39,343 nucleotides of DNA from a virus (lineage: Duplodnaviria; Caudoviricetes): positions 1 through 39,343 of the IMG/VR virus record IMGVR_UViG_3300016265_000323; one strand, written 5' to 3'. Position numbers and translations under genes: made by a program. The notes beneath the pieces were generated by a model. That model had not been told where the DNA came from. It made no database searches and saw nothing but the letters and a program-made list of their open reading frames with translations. Of this stretch, positions 9,654-18,282 are shown piece by piece. The number at the start of each line of letters is the position of its first letter. Position 1 is the stretch's first letter.

Positions 9654-10388
9654 ATGGATAAGAAGTTGCCAGTATATCGGTTAACGGTTACCGACAAAGA
9701 AGACGAAGGAGAAATTTTCACCGCACTAGTTGACGCACCTGCTATTGAATCAAACTTTGTAGCCTTTAACGCTCAGAAGTTTGTAGAACCACAGGCAGGT
9801 GAATCGCAGTCGGATTTTATGAGCCGTTGCATTCCGCTAATGATCAACGAACACGGTAAGCCACAAGATCAGGCTATTGCCATTTGTTACAGATACTTTG
9901 AAGGTGAAGCGCAGGTTAAAGCCCGCGTACAGTTTGCAGTTGCCGATTCAGACCGTAGAATTATTACAGGAGCGGTTATGATTCCAGATATGCAGATTTA
10001 TCGCAAGGACGACAAAGGTGAATACTACGTTTATTTTACTAAAGAAGACATCGAACTGTTTGCGCGTAAGTGGGCAAAGGGTAACCGTTACAACGCGGTT
10101 AACGAGATGCACGACAGAAACAAACAGCCATCAGGAATGTACCTACTCGAATCATTCATCAGCGATTCACAGCGCGGCATCAACGCACCTGCTGCATTAA
10201 AAGACAATTTCCCAGAAGGTACTTGGTTTCAATCTTTCTACGTTGAATCGGATGAACTGTGGGGCAAGGTTAAATCAGGGGAGTACAAAGGCTTCAGCAT
10301 GGAGATGATGGTGGATTACATCTTCAGTAAGCATGATAAAACCGCTGACGATTTCAGCGATGTCATATCAATTCTAAACAATTTTTAA
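9654..10388 (+). CDS. Prohead protease, XkdF-like
   Basis: Start revised to MDKKLPVY. Motifs ALVDAPAIE, RIITGAVMIPD, NEMH, GTWF, VKSGEYKGFSME; upstream of scaffold and capsid genes. Confidence 0.8.
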   Translation: MDKKLPVYRLTVTDKEDEGEIFTALVDAPAIESNFVAFNAQKFVEPQAGESQSDFMSRCIPLMINEHGKPQDQAIAICYRYFEGEAQVKARVQFAVADSDRRIITGAVMIPDMQIYRKDDKGEYYVYFTKEDIELFARKWAKGNRYNAVNEMHDRNKQPSGMYLLESFISDSQRGINAPAALKDNFPEGTWFQSFYVESDELWGKVKSGEYKGFSMEMMVDYIFSKHDKTADDFSDVISILNNF

Positions 10389-10402
10389 TTCTAACTATTA
10401 AG
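10375..10402 (+). promoter_or_regulatory. Phage late promoter motif, copy 3
   Basis: TAAAC-N14-ACTATTAAG, 3 nt before ATG 10406. Confidence 0.75.
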
Positions 10403-10405
10403 AGC

Positions 10406-11053
10406 ATGAGTACAGACAAAGGAAATACAAAAACTCTGGCAGAGCGTCTTAAGGCGGCTCTATTAGCATTTCAGGGCGAGCCTGTAAAGTTCGCTTCGGC
10501 TAAACTTGCAGACGGTACGGCTATCAACATTCAGGGCGATTCACTCGCAGCAGGTGTTATGGTTTCAGTAATGACAGAAGCAGGTGAAGCCCCACTCCCA
10601 GATGGGGAGTACACATTGGAAGACGGTACAGTTTTCGAAGTTGCAGGAGGTTCAGTTGCGGAGGTTAAAGCACCTGAAGCAACAGCAGAAGAAGGAATGG
10701 CACAGGAAGGAGCAGCACCAAACGCAGCAGCACCTGCCACACCATCACCAACGCAGATCATCGAGCGCATCGAGAAAGAAATGGTGTTCGAGAAAGTTGC
10801 GAAAATCGAAGACCTTGAAAAACAGATCAGCGACCTGACTGCAAAGTTCGCAGCCGTTGAATCTGAGAACAAGGCTCTGAAAGCCGACAACGTGAAGTTC
10901 TCAAAGATGGTAACGGAGATGAGTGAATCTCTGATCGCATTCGGAGAGATGCCACAGGAACAAGCACCGAAGAAAACAGAACCTACATCATCTGAAAAGA
11001 AATCAGAATCAATCGAAGAATTCCGCGCACGTGTGTTCGGACAAAAAAAGTAA
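10406..11053 (+). CDS. Capsid scaffolding protein
   Basis: Acidic, PLPDGEYTLEDG motif and coiled coil; sits between protease and capsid genes. Confidence 0.7.
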   Translation: MSTDKGNTKTLAERLKAALLAFQGEPVKFASAKLADGTAINIQGDSLAAGVMVSVMTEAGEAPLPDGEYTLEDGTVFEVAGGSVAEVKAPEATAEEGMAQEGAAPNAAAPATPSPTQIIERIEKEMVFEKVAKIEDLEKQISDLTAKFAAVESENKALKADNVKFSKMVTEMSESLIAFGEMPQEQAPKKTEPTSSEKKSESIEEFRARVFGQKK

Positions 11054-11085
11054 CTAACCACAAACAAAAAAACAACTAAATAATC

Positions 11086-12078
11086 ATGGCAGGATTTACA
11101 GTATCAAGTCTTTCAAACTACACAGTTGAAGACAAAGCAGACCTCAAACTTAAAGGGGTCTATGGCGCGGTTTCAATGCCGCTTTTCACAGTTCGCGAGG
11201 GCATCAAATACTCCGAGAAACTTCCTTACCTTACTACTGACCCGCAGATGCAAGCGGACAGCACTTGTGCTTCCATCAACGTATCTGGTGACGGTGGTAC
11301 AATCGCTCAGATCACTCTGACAGTTGACGGTATCAAGTTTGAAGATGGATGGTGCTTCAAAGACCTCGAATCTAAATTCACTCAGAAGTATCTCCGCGCA
11401 GGTGCTAAACTTGACGAGAACGTAGCAAATGAGTTGATGAATGAAATCATGAACGACTACACAGCGCGTATCGCTAAGAAGATGGAAGCGGCTATCTGGC
11501 AGTCGTCTAAAACTCAGGGCGGTTCTAACACCAACTTCAAGCAGTTCAACGGGTTTATCCAAACTCTTGAAACAGCAGGCGGTTACGTGAATCAGCAGAC
11601 TGTTGCAGGAACTTCATACGCTTCGATCACTACTGCGAACGTACTTACAATCATGGATAACCAATGGTTGGCTGTACCTGCGGACTTGAAGCGTAACGAC
11701 AACCTCGTAACAGCAATGGGTGATGATACTTTCGATAAACTCATTATCGCTCTGAAGAACGCGAACAACTACAACTGGACTGCAACATCTGCGGACGCAG
11801 GTAAGCGTGAACTGGTTTATCCGGGAACAACTATGAAAATTGTAGCGGTACCGGGATTGAACGCGGACAACAACTCTTCACTCCCTGCTGTGTTCAAGAA
11901 TCGTATCATCACTTTTGAGAAAGACAACTTGGTAGTTGGTACTGATATGATCTCTGACATGGATGACTGGACTACATGGTATGAGACTAAAGAAGATAAA
12001 CTCTACACCCGTAACCGTTACAAGATTACAACAGGTGTATTCTTCACAGACCGCGTAGTATCATTCGCTACTGCATAA
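11086..12078 (+). CDS. Major capsid protein
   Basis: 330 aa after protease and scaffold; IWQ...FNGF segment; followed by a strong hairpin. Confidence 0.8.
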   Translation: MAGFTVSSLSNYTVEDKADLKLKGVYGAVSMPLFTVREGIKYSEKLPYLTTDPQMQADSTCASINVSGDGGTIAQITLTVDGIKFEDGWCFKDLESKFTQKYLRAGAKLDENVANELMNEIMNDYTARIAKKMEAAIWQSSKTQGGSNTNFKQFNGFIQTLETAGGYVNQQTVAGTSYASITTANVLTIMDNQWLAVPADLKRNDNLVTAMGDDTFDKLIIALKNANNYNWTATSADAGKRELVYPGTTMKIVAVPGLNADNNSSLPAVFKNRIITFEKDNLVVGTDMISDMDDWTTWYETKEDKLYTRNRYKITTGVFFTDRVVSFATA

Positions 12079-12094
12079 GTAACAGAAGTTTAAC

Positions 12095-12116
12095 GGGGAG
12101 GTGTAACAACCTCCCC
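12095..12116 (+). terminator. GC-rich hairpin after capsid gene (mRNA stabiliser or weak terminator)
   Basis: GGGGAGGT-GTAACA-ACCTCCCC with no long T tract. Confidence 0.55.
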
Positions 12117-12132
12117 TTAACAACATAAAAAG

Positions 12133-12648
12133 ATGCCTTGTTCCAATTCAATTACATCATCCTTCACGATTGACTGTCTAGATTCCAATGGCGGTGTTGC
12201 TGAGATCAAGGTGCGCGCATTTGACGCGAACTTGGTTACTAACGGCTACGCTACTGTAACATCAGGTCAGGTCACGTTCGCAGGTTCTGGTCTTACTGAC
12301 TGGTATCTGTTTGAGTGCGCTCAGGAAACGTCTATCGCTAACAGCGATGGGGCTACTGACCGCGCTAACGGAACAACTGTGCACACGCAGACTATCACAT
12401 ACATCAATAATAAGTTAAAGATCGCATTCCGCAACACATTGAACTCAATGCACGGGATGTTGGTCCACGTTGCCGTTAAAGACAACAACGGGAACTCATG
12501 GTTGTATGGATATTCACGCGGTTGCATTGTTTCCGCTTCAAGTTCCACAACAGGCACATCGTTCACAGATCGTAACGGTTATTCTGTAACCTTTACAGGG
12601 CGTGAATCAGCGATGCCGTTGAACATCACAAACTACGACAATCTCTAA
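12133..12648 (+). CDS. Putative major tail tube protein
   Basis: 171 aa S/T-rich; C..S.GG N-terminus, VKDNNG and TGT...DRNGYSVTFTG motifs; follows the capsid gene. Confidence 0.65.
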   Translation: MPCSNSITSSFTIDCLDSNGGVAEIKVRAFDANLVTNGYATVTSGQVTFAGSGLTDWYLFECAQETSIANSDGATDRANGTTVHTQTITYINNKLKIAFRNTLNSMHGMLVHVAVKDNNGNSWLYGYSRGCIVSASSSTTGTSFTDRNGYSVTFTGRESAMPLNITNYDNL

Positions 12649-12675
12649 TCGTCATAGCTGATTGTATTCGTTAGG

Positions 12676-12707
12676 AAGCCCACCCCGTAAGGTGGGTTTT
12701 CTTTTTT
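12676..12707 (+). terminator. Rho-independent terminator
   Basis: AAGCCCACC-CCGTAA-GGTGGGTTT followed by TCTTTTTT. Confidence 0.8.
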
Positions 12708-12709
12708 CA

Positions 12710-12737
12710 TAAACTTTTTCAGATTTTGACTATTAAG
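12710..12737 (+). promoter_or_regulatory. Phage late promoter motif, copy 4
   Basis: TAAAC-N14-ACTATTAAG, 3 nt before ATG 12741. Confidence 0.75.
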
Positions 12738-12740
12738 GTT

Positions 12741-13109
12741 ATGTTGTATATCACAAGGGGCGACACTACACGCGTAGCGGTTACACTTCAGGAGAAGCAG
12801 ACTTTAACCAGTCCGTATTGGCTGTGGCGGTTTGTTTCTGATACTACGAATGTAGAGGTGTCGGCTGTTATCGCTGAGGTTAGCAACAACTACAAACAGC
12901 GTTCTAACCTATTCGATATTACTGAGGGTGTAACAGTAACATTGATTGAAGGCATATACACTTACTACGTATACGAACAGGCATCGAGTAATAACACAGA
13001 CTACCGTTTAGCAACGTCATGTTGCGAAATCGGGCAGATTAAAGTTGACGGGGACGGGGCGTATCAGTTCAGTTCACCGCAATACACAGTTGAATATCCT
13101 ACCGCGTAA
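12741..13109 (+). CDS. Hypothetical virion protein (possible head closure)
   Basis: Start revised to ATG 12741; coupled (TAATG) to the portal gene. Confidence 0.5.
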   Translation: MLYITRGDTTRVAVTLQEKQTLTSPYWLWRFVSDTTNVEVSAVIAEVSNNYKQRSNLFDITEGVTVTLIEGIYTYYVYEQASSNNTDYRLATSCCEIGQIKVDGDGAYQFSSPQYTVEYPTA

Positions 13110-15052
13110 TGGAGAATAAGAAAGAGAATATACACTTCGTTCAGTTTGAGAATCGTAAGATTCCGAAGTTCTTAGAGGTTAAAAACTCTGATTGGATTAC
13201 ATACGGAGAGAAAAACGACTACCCGTATTATTTGAATCAGTTGTATATGCGTTCATCTTACCACTGTGCGATCATTAACGCGAAGGTGAAATACATCTGC
13301 GGTGCAGGATGGACGTACAGCAAGTCAGGCGTTAACACATTGGAGCAGCGCGCAATGGCTGAGAAGTTGATTAAGCAACCTTTCAGCGAAACGAATCTGA
13401 ATGAATCTACATTGCGTTGGGCTTACGATTTGGAGAAGTATAACGGCTTTGCAATTTTAGTACGATGGAATAATTCGCGTAAGGGTGGCACATTGGAGTA
13501 TATCGACTTTAGCAATGTACGTGCTAACGCGGATCGTTCTGTCTTCTTTTATACAAAGAATTGGTATCTAACCGATCAGCGAGGCAATAAGAAGATCAAC
13601 AAAAAACCTGAAGAGGAAGAGGACTTTCAGAAGTTCAAAGCATACGACCCGAAAGATCGTAGCGGAAATCAGATTTACTACTATTCGTTCTATCATGCCG
13701 ATCAGTATGTTTATCCTGTTCCGACTTATGTAGGCGGTGTAACGTGGATTGAGAACCATATCAAGTACACGGATTTTCAGTACAAGAATATTAGCGCGTC
13801 ATTTAGCCCTGCGAAGATCATCAATATCTACGGTAAAGTTCCTGATCAGGATAAACAGGCTGATATTGTTGCAGGAATGAAGGCTAATTTTACAGGTGAA
13901 GACGGTGAGCGCATTGTCGTGAACTTTGCACCTAGTAAAGAGTTAGGAATTGAATCGCAGGATCAATTGGTCAACGATCAATCCGTACTATACAAAGAAA
14001 TTGCCGATCAGTCTTTACAGAACATTTTCACCGCACATGAAATCACTTCCCCGATGCTTTTAGGCATCAGAACGGAAGGACAACTCGGAGGGCGTTCGGA
14101 AATGTTAGATGCGTTTGAGATTTTCCAAAACAGCTACGTTAAATATCGTCAGCAAATCATTGAAAACTCAATTAATCAACTTGCGCAAGATTTCGGCATC
14201 GGAATTAAGTTAGAACTGAAACCGAACAGCCCGATTAACGCAGGCGATTTGATTTCAGCAGACAAACAGAATCTTCTGAATGCTATCAATGCCATGAATC
14301 CGACTTTACAGGCTAAAGTTGTGGAGAGCATGAGCAAAGAGCAGATTTTGGCGCTAGTGGGATTGAAAGTACAGCCGACAACAACGCAAACCACGCTAAC
14401 AAAGTTCGAATCAGCAAAGGTTGACATCTTCGCTCAGTATGGAATTGACGCGAGTATGGTAGAAGAAGTTGAGGCGAGAGATATTCCCGACACCGATCCG
14501 ATCAGACTAGAGCAGTTTGAAAACGACTACCTGCAATTTGCAAAAGACGCGTTAAAGTTGAAATCGTTGGATCGCACGGTACTGGATTTGATCAGCAAAG
14601 ACAAGTATATCACACCTGATGGCATCGCTAAGGTTGCGAAAGTACCCGTAAAAGACGTACAGAACGCAATAGGGCGACTTACGGACAAAGGAATGCTAAA
14701 TCCTTCATCCGAAAACATAGAGGGCGTTAAAACGCCTATAAATGAGTTGACGAAAGAGGGCGAACAGTCGATTGCTGAACAACCTGCGAAGACGGAGAGT
14801 TATAAAGTGATGTATCGATACGATGTTGCTCAGGGAATGGGTAAACCTATCATTGATGGAACGCGTGATTTCTGCCGTCAGTTGATCGGGTTGAATAAAC
14901 TCTACACACGCGAAGAGATTAACCTGATGTCAGCTAAAGAAGATCGTAACGTGTGGACATTACGCGGAGGGTGGTATCACGATCCGAAGACAGGAATCAA
15001 TCAACCGCAATGCCGCCATACTTGGCGGCAGGTAATCGTTAAAGAAAGCTAA
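13109..15052 (+). CDS. Portal protein with C-terminal winged-helix and MuF-like extension
   Basis: WITYGEKNDYP, SSYHCAII, YPVPTY and AHEITSPMLLGI portal motifs; C-terminal TRDFC...RGG...CRHTW. Confidence 0.85.
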   Translation: MENKKENIHFVQFENRKIPKFLEVKNSDWITYGEKNDYPYYLNQLYMRSSYHCAIINAKVKYICGAGWTYSKSGVNTLEQRAMAEKLIKQPFSETNLNESTLRWAYDLEKYNGFAILVRWNNSRKGGTLEYIDFSNVRANADRSVFFYTKNWYLTDQRGNKKINKKPEEEEDFQKFKAYDPKDRSGNQIYYYSFYHADQYVYPVPTYVGGVTWIENHIKYTDFQYKNISASFSPAKIINIYGKVPDQDKQADIVAGMKANFTGEDGERIVVNFAPSKELGIESQDQLVNDQSVLYKEIADQSLQNIFTAHEITSPMLLGIRTEGQLGGRSEMLDAFEIFQNSYVKYRQQIIENSINQLAQDFGIGIKLELKPNSPINAGDLISADKQNLLNAINAMNPTLQAKVVESMSKEQILALVGLKVQPTTTQTTLTKFESAKVDIFAQYGIDASMVEEVEARDIPDTDPIRLEQFENDYLQFAKDALKLKSLDRTVLDLISKDKYITPDGIAKVAKVPVKDVQNAIGRLTDKGMLNPSSENIEGVKTPINELTKEGEQSIAEQPAKTESYKVMYRYDVAQGMGKPIIDGTRDFCRQLIGLNKLYTREEINLMSAKEDRNVWTLRGGWYHDPKTGINQPQCRHTWRQVIVKES

Positions 15053-15054
15053 TT

Positions 15055-15639
15055 ATGCCTAACATATACAGACCGCTACTATTAGACGCAGCCGATAAAG
15101 GGCTACTAGCGTATGTTGAATCTAACTACGATCATGAGCAGTTGCGTGAATTGATTTGGGACGTGCAAGAGTTGTATATGCCTAGCGTTTTGGGTACGGC
15201 ACTATACGAAGAGTTAAAAAGACAAATCGTATCAAACTCTTTAACTGCTGTAAATCAAACATTGGTTTACACATACATTCAACCTGCCATGAAGTGGAAA
15301 GTAATGGGTGAGGGTGTACCGATATTTACATACAAGTTCAGAAATAAAGGCATCGTAACGCAGTCAAGCGACAACGCTACACCTGCAACGATGGGAGATA
15401 TTCAATGGATTGTGACGTACTGCGAACAGCGTTATCAGATGTACGCGCAACGTATCACAAATTTCTTAATCGAAAACGATAGTACATATCCGCTATTCAC
15501 GGACGCAGGAAACGGAGTGGACACCATTCACCCAAACTTTGATCAGTACAATGTCGGATGGTATATGCCAAAATCAGGACAACCATATGGAGAATACAAC
15601 CCATGCGCAAAAGGCGGTGAAAATTCAGTTGAACTGTGA
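15055..15639 (+). CDS. Putative head-tail adaptor
   Basis: 194 aa directly after portal; QELY...LGTALY pattern. Confidence 0.5.
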   Translation: MPNIYRPLLLDAADKGLLAYVESNYDHEQLRELIWDVQELYMPSVLGTALYEELKRQIVSNSLTAVNQTLVYTYIQPAMKWKVMGEGVPIFTYKFRNKGIVTQSSDNATPATMGDIQWIVTYCEQRYQMYAQRITNFLIENDSTYPLFTDAGNGVDTIHPNFDQYNVGWYMPKSGQPYGEYNPCAKGGENSVEL

Positions 15640-15683
15640 GCGCACAAGTAAGAACAGAAGAAAGTTAGACGAATACCTCAAAC

Positions 15684-16157
15684 GTGTCAACAACAACACA
15701 ACCAACAACGCTAAATCAGATAGTGGAGAACCTGCGAGACATCGCGGCTAATCACTATCAGATTCATACGTTCTATTACGGTGATCCGCATGAGTTCTAT
15801 CTATCAGGCACAACTAATTCGCCTGAGATGTGGGTGGCGTGCGATTCGATTGATCGTGATGTGAAAGGCGGTGTTTCTACGTTCAACTTCAATATCGTAA
15901 TTGCTGACAACGTGAAGCGCGGAGAGGTTAACGAATTAGAAGTGGAATCAGACATAGAGCAGATATGTGAAGACATATTGGCTCAGTTAAATCACCCTGA
16001 CTATCGTTGGAACGTAACAAGTACAGCAAAGATCACGATCAGAACAGAGAAGACGCCAAAGAATCTAACTACGGCAGAGTTTCAAGTGGCAATAAGAGTG
16101 CCAAAGCCAAATAACAGATGTGCAATTCCTTTTTCAACTAATCCTATAACATCATAA
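15684..16157 (+). CDS. Putative tail terminator/completion protein
   Basis: 157 aa, GTG start, ELEVESD...DI motif; lies in the head-tail region. Confidence 0.5.
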   Translation: MSTTTQPTTLNQIVENLRDIAANHYQIHTFYYGDPHEFYLSGTTNSPEMWVACDSIDRDVKGGVSTFNFNIVIADNVKRGEVNELEVESDIEQICEDILAQLNHPDYRWNVTSTAKITIRTEKTPKNLTTAEFQVAIRVPKPNNRCAIPFSTNPITS

Positions 16158-16161
16158 CACA

Positions 16162-16455
16162 ATGAGTATCGCAAGACTTTCCGCTGATGGCGGTTCATAT
16201 CACGTATCAAATGCAGACGGTGCAGTAACAGGCAAACAATTCTTTGCTTTTACAGTATTGGAAGACACCGTATGCACAGTATTAACGCTGAACACAACGC
16301 CAACAGGCTATACAAGTACAAACTATCTGACACAGGCGAACCTTAGTGGTAAGACGCTGAAAGCAGGTGCGTACATCTGCGCTCCGAACGGCTCTTACAT
16401 CACCGCTATCACTCTTTCATCTGGGTCAGTAATTTGTCATAACTTCGTATCATGA
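16162..16455 (+). CDS. Hypothetical small virion protein
   Basis: 97 aa beta-rich ORF tightly packed in the operon. Confidence 0.6.
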   Translation: MSIARLSADGGSYHVSNADGAVTGKQFFAFTVLEDTVCTVLTLNTTPTGYTSTNYLTQANLSGKTLKAGAYICAPNGSYITAITLSSGSVICHNFVS

Positions 16456-17255
16456 TCGGAGTAAATAAGTTCATTACGCCTAGTTCATTCAGCAGTATCA
16501 CATACGATACCGATGCACAGGCGTATTTTACACGGGCAGGGATAACCGATACGACTGAGAAGAATGCGTGGAATACTTTTGTACTTGCTGCAAAGGCTGC
16601 GAACATCTATTCTAAGTTCATCGCGCTTTATCCTGTGTCGCCTACGTCTATTGGAGCGTCATACAACAACGCTATCAGTTCGTCATATACACTTGTATCG
16701 GCTGCGTCACCATCATTCAGCACTAACGGATGGACAAGTGATGGTGTTACGCAGTTTATACGCACTGGAATCATTCCTAATACGCATCTGACACTAGATA
16801 ACGTAACTGTTGGATGGCGTGTGAAGACTTCAGCGGTGCGTACTGGTGTTGATTGGGGCGTAACTGATTCAAGCACTAGCCAAATGTTCGGGCGTTCACG
16901 CTTTACTGGTGACGTTATCAGATGGATGTATCAATCTAACGCGTCTGTGTATGACCTTACCAATGCAACAGGCGCGGCTAACTTCTTTATGACCGCATCG
17001 GGCGCAACGGCTCGAACGATCAGACGCAATACAACATCATTAGGCACGTCAGCAGCAACACACGCTCCTTCACCTTCGCAGCCAACGCGTGAAATTTATC
17101 TATTGGGACGTAACAACATCGGCACAGCCGATCAGTTTTGTCCAATCAATATGAATTTCTGGTTTGTGTCAACGGCTCTGAGCGGTGCGGAATGCGACAC
17201 ACTCAGCGGACTGATTGATACTTATTCTGCAAACGTAATTTCAGGAGGGCGGTAA
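16452..17255 (+). CDS. Putative virion appendage or lectin-like protein
   Basis: 267 aa S/T-rich; DTDAQAYF...IT N-terminus and beta-sandwich-like remainder. Confidence 0.5.
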   Translation: MIGVNKFITPSSFSSITYDTDAQAYFTRAGITDTTEKNAWNTFVLAAKAANIYSKFIALYPVSPTSIGASYNNAISSSYTLVSAASPSFSTNGWTSDGVTQFIRTGIIPNTHLTLDNVTVGWRVKTSAVRTGVDWGVTDSSTSQMFGRSRFTGDVIRWMYQSNASVYDLTNATGAANFFMTASGATARTIRRNTTSLGTSAATHAPSPSQPTREIYLLGRNNIGTADQFCPINMNFWFVSTALSGAECDTLSGLIDTYSANVISGGR

Positions 17256-18013
17256 TGGCTAGGCTGTATATCTTTTTAGGTCAGTCTAATTCAAGAGGTG
17301 CAGCACCGAATGCGGATTGCCATCCGTCTTTAAGTGGCGCAATGACTAGCGTAAAGATGTGGAACGGCTCTGCATTTGCGAACTTTGACGTAGGAGTGAA
17401 TCAGAACTACCCGACAACTGACACGAATCACGGAGTATTGCCTGCGTTTCTGTATAACGAACAGGCACGCGTTAATGATACGATCTATGCGGTGAACTAT
17501 GCCGTTGGTGGCACAATGCTTAACGACGATACAACATCGAACTGTTGGTATCCTTCCCGTGCAGGTGCGTTACTTGACAAAGCCATCGGAGTAATCAATA
17601 GCGCATTGGCTACAATGTGGAACACGCATTCAGAGCGCACGATCCATTGTTACATCATCTGGGCGCAGGGTGAATCAGATACCACTACCACTACGGATGC
17701 GAACGCATACCAGACAAACATGAGCAACCTTATTACTAAGCTATTGGCGAACCTGAGCGGAACGGCAATGGCTTCTGTGAATAAGAAATGGATTTTCCAG
17801 AAGCTAGGAACGCACACGTCATACGATGCGACACGATTAGCAACAGTTAACACAGCATTTGACACATTAGCAACAGCGGATTCATCGAATTGTTTCACAT
17901 ATGACCCAACAGGTAAGACGTTGCAGGTGGATTTGCATCACTACGAAGCAAGCGGATATAAAGCGATTGGAGAAGCAATGGTAACAAATATAACGACAGT
18001 AAATAATTTCTAA
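17255..18013 (+). CDS. SGNH hydrolase, sialate O-acetylesterase (SASA/CE6)-like
   Basis: Blocks GQSN, AVGGT, WAQGESD and DLHH (DxxH). Confidence 0.8.
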   Translation: MARLYIFLGQSNSRGAAPNADCHPSLSGAMTSVKMWNGSAFANFDVGVNQNYPTTDTNHGVLPAFLYNEQARVNDTIYAVNYAVGGTMLNDDTTSNCWYPSRAGALLDKAIGVINSALATMWNTHSERTIHCYIIWAQGESDTTTTTDANAYQTNMSNLITKLLANLSGTAMASVNKKWIFQKLGTHTSYDATRLATVNTAFDTLATADSSNCFTYDPTGKTLQVDLHHYEASGYKAIGEAMVTNITTVNNF

Positions 18014-18039
18014 CACAATAAATACTTAAAACAGCACAA

Positions 18040-18267
18040 ATGGCATTTCAATCTATGGAGCATTATTTTGGACAACACCCCTATGTTGGCTCATTCATTG
18101 CAGGCTTCCATGTATTAGTAGGAGCAACAATGAATATAGCAGAGCCTGAAATACCGAAGATAGTTATGCAGTCGGCTCAGTTAGGTGCGTGGATAATTGC
18201 AATGGCGGCAGGATGTATGACCATATATGGAGTGTGGCGAAAACATCACGGCAAATCGAAAAAGTAA
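18040..18267 (+). CDS. Small membrane protein (possible holin or antiholin)
   Basis: Two hydrophobic segments and a basic C-terminus. Confidence 0.5.
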   Translation: MAFQSMEHYFGQHPYVGSFIAGFHVLVGATMNIAEPEIPKIVMQSAQLGAWIIAMAAGCMTIYGVWRKHHGKSKK

Positions 18268-18282
18268 CCTAACAAAGTAGCT

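Noticed and set aside
10531-11562. Long antisense ORFs opposite the scaffold and capsid genes, and similar shadow ORFs elsewhere
   Set aside because: Explained by codon bias of the sense genes; no promoters or motifs support them.
15539-15751. 70-aa ORF bridging the adaptor and terminator genes
   Set aside because: It mostly overlaps both neighbours. A short basic peptide from 15617 or 15629 is possible but unsupported.
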